Shown one piece after another: positions 61,020 to 64,000 of a stretch of 64,000 nt of DNA; the stretch's first letter is position 1, and each line of letters begins with the position of its first letter. Made by a program: the position numbers and the translations under genes. Source of the stretch: Methylophaga sp. 42_25_T18 (GTDB taxonomy: Bacteria > Pseudomonadota > Gammaproteobacteria > Nitrosococcales > Methylophagaceae); the NCBI GenBank assembly GCA_002163085.1, contig MAAJ01000002.1:22367-86366 (forward strand). Direction: 5' to 3'. Below the pieces are notes generated by a model. The model did no database searches, was not told the DNA's origin, and was given only the letters and a program-made list of their open reading frames with translations.

Positions 61020-61230
61020 TTCCAATGCTCCATCGAATTTCTTTTGGATAAAAACTAACAAAATATACTTGAGGCTGTATTAAGGTGACTATACTAAAAA
61101 ATACTCATCTTCGCTTTAGTAATTATCTATCTTTAATATAAAGTAATGAAGTCATAAATTGTCGTATAATTTCAGTGTAAGAGGGTGCAGTTAATACGTT
61201 ACGCGAAGAACAAAGGATTAGGTATTTTTC

Positions 61231-62277
61231 ATGCGATATAACCATTTAGGAAATTCAGGCATTCAAGTCAGCGGCATTTGTTTAGGCACCATGACCTTTG
61301 GTGAGCAGAACAGTGAAGAAGAAGCACATCATCAATTGGATTGTGCGGTTGAACATGGCATTAACTTTATTGATACAGCCGAGTTATATGCCATTCCTCC
61401 CAAAGCAGAAACCTATGGCAGAACAGAAGAAATCATAGGTTCGTGGTTGGCTAAAAATAACAACCGAGAAGCCGTTGTTCTTGCCAGCAAAATCGCTGGC
61501 CCTGGGGCTGACTGGGTTTCTCATATTCGAGGTGGTAAAACACGGTTTAATGCAGAACACATACCTCAAGCATTAGATGCGAGTTTAAAACGTTTGCAAA
61601 CCGATTATCTCGATCTGTATCAGTTACATTGGCCTGAACGCCAAACAAATTATTTTGGTCGCTTGGGTTATCAACATCCAGATACTGAAGAGTCATTAAC
61701 ACCTATTAGACATGTATTAGAAGCGCTCGAAACACAGGTGAAGGCAGGGAAGATACGTGCTATTGGCTTATCTAATGAAACACCATGGGGGTTGATGCAG
61801 TTTTTAAGCATAGCCAAAGAATATGACTTGCCTAAAATAGTATCAGTGCAAAATCCATATAGCTTAATTAATCGTAGTTATGAAGTGGGTTGTGCAGAAA
61901 TATCTCATCGTGAAGATGTGGGCCTGCTAGCCTATTCACCATTAGGTTTTGGCGTGTTAACTGGAAAGTATCTTAACGGTGCACGGCCTGATAATGCACG
62001 AATTACTCTGTGGCCGGATTATGCTCGATATCTTAATACCGAAGCAGTAGCTGCTACCGAGGCCTATGTAGAATTGGCTCGTGATAATGACTTAGATCCG
62101 ACTCAAATGGCATTAGCCTATGTAAGTAGCCGACCATTTGTGACGTCAACCATTATTGGTGCCACAACAATGGCACAACTCAAAACTAATATCACCAGCA
62201 TAAACTTACAACTAGATGAAAGTATAATTTCGGCGATCGATCATATTCATGTGCAGTATCCCAATCCCGCACCATAA
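61231..62277 (+). CDS. tas: NADP(H)-dependent aldo-keto reductase, Tas-like
   Basis: 348 aa, collinear with E. coli Tas as recalled (LGTMTFGEQNSE...LQTDYLDLYQ.HWP...NPYSL.NR). Confidence 0.85.
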   Translation: MRYNHLGNSGIQVSGICLGTMTFGEQNSEEEAHHQLDCAVEHGINFIDTAELYAIPPKAETYGRTEEIIGSWLAKNNNREAVVLASKIAGPGADWVSHIRGGKTRFNAEHIPQALDASLKRLQTDYLDLYQLHWPERQTNYFGRLGYQHPDTEESLTPIRHVLEALETQVKAGKIRAIGLSNETPWGLMQFLSIAKEYDLPKIVSVQNPYSLINRSYEVGCAEISHREDVGLLAYSPLGFGVLTGKYLNGARPDNARITLWPDYARYLNTEAVAATEAYVELARDNDLDPTQMALAYVSSRPFVTSTIIGATTMAQLKTNITSINLQLDESIISAIDHIHVQYPNPAP

Positions 62278-62488
62278 TATTTAGCAAACTGCATTTTGTA
62301 ATAAAATTGTAAAAAACTTTGTTAAAGTTTCTAGTTTTTAAGCCGATATAATATTGGTTTTTTGTCATAAATTAGTGAAATATATTTCTTTAAAATAAGC
62401 GCTAGCAATGTAGCAAACTTACTGTATACTTCAGTCTTAAGGCCCACACCCCGCCTGAAAATTAAAATAATATGGATAACTTAAGGGA

Positions 62489-63166
62489 ATGTTTGTGGGT
62501 CAAAAGAGTCAAGAAACTGTTGTTGTTGGAATATCTAATCCATGCCATCTCCCGTACCTTCAATACGGTGAAGATCTGTTAAAGTTAGGCTATCAACTGA
62601 CCCATTGTGCGAATGATGAGTGGAGTGATAAAAGCCTTGATATTTGCATCTTATCTTTAGAACAAGTTCAATCGCCTCCTCCTGCGGTAATAAGCAACCT
62701 CCAAACCCATGATATTCCATTTATCATCAGTTTAAATGATGAGTCACCAATGGAAAATTTAACCGGCCACTTGCAACAAGCCGTCGGCTTTTTGTTTGGT
62801 GAGCCGACGTTAAATCAGTTGGCATTAGAAATTGAAGTGGGCCTGCATATACATCGTGAAAGAACGGTACATTCACGAAGAGTGGAGCGCGTGTCGACCA
62901 AAATTCAAAACAATCGTGATATTGGTGTTGCCACAGGCTTGTTAATGGCTCAAACCCATCTTAGTGCATTAGAAGTATTTGCCGTGATGAAAAGGTTTAG
63001 TCGAAATGGCCGAGTCAGAATAGCCGCTGTTGCCAGAGAAATAATCAACTTGTTTGAGCAGCAGCATCCAGACTTATCTAACGAAATAAAGATAAATGAT
63101 CTACATGCATGGTTATTGTTGCAGCTAAAGAACTGGTCTGAAAAAGATAGTAAAACAGAGTCGTAA
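62489..63166 (+). CDS. ANTAR-domain RNA-binding antiterminator-type regulator with pseudo-receiver N-terminus
   Basis: The C-terminal region IQNNRDIGVATGLLMAQTHLSALEVFAVMKRFSRNGRVRIAAVAREI fits the ANTAR three-helix motif. Confidence 0.7.
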   Translation: MFVGQKSQETVVVGISNPCHLPYLQYGEDLLKLGYQLTHCANDEWSDKSLDICILSLEQVQSPPPAVISNLQTHDIPFIISLNDESPMENLTGHLQQAVGFLFGEPTLNQLALEIEVGLHIHRERTVHSRRVERVSTKIQNNRDIGVATGLLMAQTHLSALEVFAVMKRFSRNGRVRIAAVAREIINLFEQQHPDLSNEIKINDLHAWLLLQLKNWSEKDSKTES

Positions 63167-63234
63167 TGAAGGTGGAAGTTAGTAATAGGTAACTAAACAG
63201 GGGGAAGAATGGATTCTCCTGACAGGTATAGATT

Positions 63235-64000
63235 ATGTGTCAAAAAGCGTTAGTTCTGCAGACTTATCAGCCGACAGGCTCTGTCATTGAAACTTTTTTG
63301 ACTGAATGCAGCGATATCATTTTTAACTATGAACAGAATTTAGCTGATGTTATTCAACAATTAATTTCATGTCGATACGATTATATTATTTGTTGTGAGC
63401 ACCTGCCTGATGACACGTTAAGCTCGCTGGAACAATTGAAGCAAGCACATGACATTCCTTTTGATACGCGCATCCTTGCTTTTTCATACGAGCTAGAACG
63501 TAGCCATAAGGAACAAGCCCTCGCGCTTGGTGTTATCGACTTTCACGATATAAATCATATTGAAAATTATGCTGATTTTTTTCAACAAGGTGAATTGGTC
63601 AGCTCTGGAACTATTTTGTTAGTTGAAGAGAATGAAGATGATGCAACGTTATTAACTTCATTACTTGAACAAAGAGGCCATATTGTTAATTGCTTTACTA
63701 ATATTGAGTTGGCGTACATTGCTGTAAAACAGCTCCATTATGATTTACTGGTTACGGACTTGTTTTCATTAAGCAAGTATTTAAATAAAAACCAATTGAT
63801 TAGCACGATAAATACGGTTGTGCTTTCAAATCATAATAAACCAGAGATGTTGGTAGATCTACTTCAACTTGGTGTGGCGGATGTTATCAATAAACCCATT
63901 GTTCCTGAGTCTTTGTTATTACGTATAGAGCGTATTTTAAAAACTAAGCAAAGTCACCGTGATGAATTGAAACATAAAACCCAACATTTATTAGAGCTGT
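63235..64000 (+). CDS. Response-regulator-like protein (pseudo-REC + REC), 3' end outside window
   Basis: Hand-translated open frame from the ATG at 63235 to the window edge. The second domain has LLVEENEDD, LLVTDL, VVLSN and NKP. Confidence 0.55.
   Translation, partial: MCQKALVLQTYQPTGSVIETFLTECSDIIFNYEQNLADVIQQLISCRYDYIICCEHLPDDTLSSLEQLKQAHDIPFDTRILAFSYELERSHKEQALALGVIDFHDINHIENYADFFQQGELVSSGTILLVEENEDDATLLTSLLEQRGHIVNCFTNIELAYIAVKQLHYDLLVTDLFSLSKYLNKNQLISTINTVVLSNHNKPEMLVDLLQLGVADVINKPIVPESLLLRIERILKTKQSHRDELKHKTQHLLEL

Overview
This window looks like a moderately AT-rich chromosomal segment from a marine-type gammaproteobacterium; that assignment is inferred from gene content and synteny only. 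It has three parts. (1) Positions 1-9.3 kb carry housekeeping and stress genes: the rlmD 3' end, a PEP-CTERM secreted protein, an AlkD-like repair protein, ppsA, a SulP transporter and a lexA-like/Y-family polymerase operon. (2) Positions 9.3-27.3 kb are dense in signal transduction genes: HDOD, a heme-type histidine kinase, an orphan MotB-like protein, SixA, two MCPs, two large PAS-GGDEF-EAL proteins, a HK-RR operon and two decayed histidine-kinase stumps. (3) Positions 27.5-43.3 kb hold a co-directional, translationally coupled cluster of about 20 genes. Its content and order match the aryl-polyene (APE)/xanthomonadin-type type II PKS-like pigment-lipid clusters (apeC to apeR, plus a methyltransferase and a convergent Sfp-type PPTase). 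A tRNA-Asn lies just beyond this cluster's right end. The rest of the window is core genome: an aminotransferase, uvrB, tRNA-Val, thrS-infC-rpmI-rplT-pheST-ihfA-merR-tRNA-Pro and further sensors. The main items for follow-up are the APE-type cluster and its unusual accessories, two tandem unannotated 34-aa hydrophobic peptide genes, a divergent LexA with a perfect palindromic operator over its promoter, an in-frame TGA at the conserved Cys of a CxxHD (PLA2-like) protein, and a shared CZB-like tail on both GGDEF-EAL proteins. I saw no CRISPR array, transposase, integrase or rRNA.
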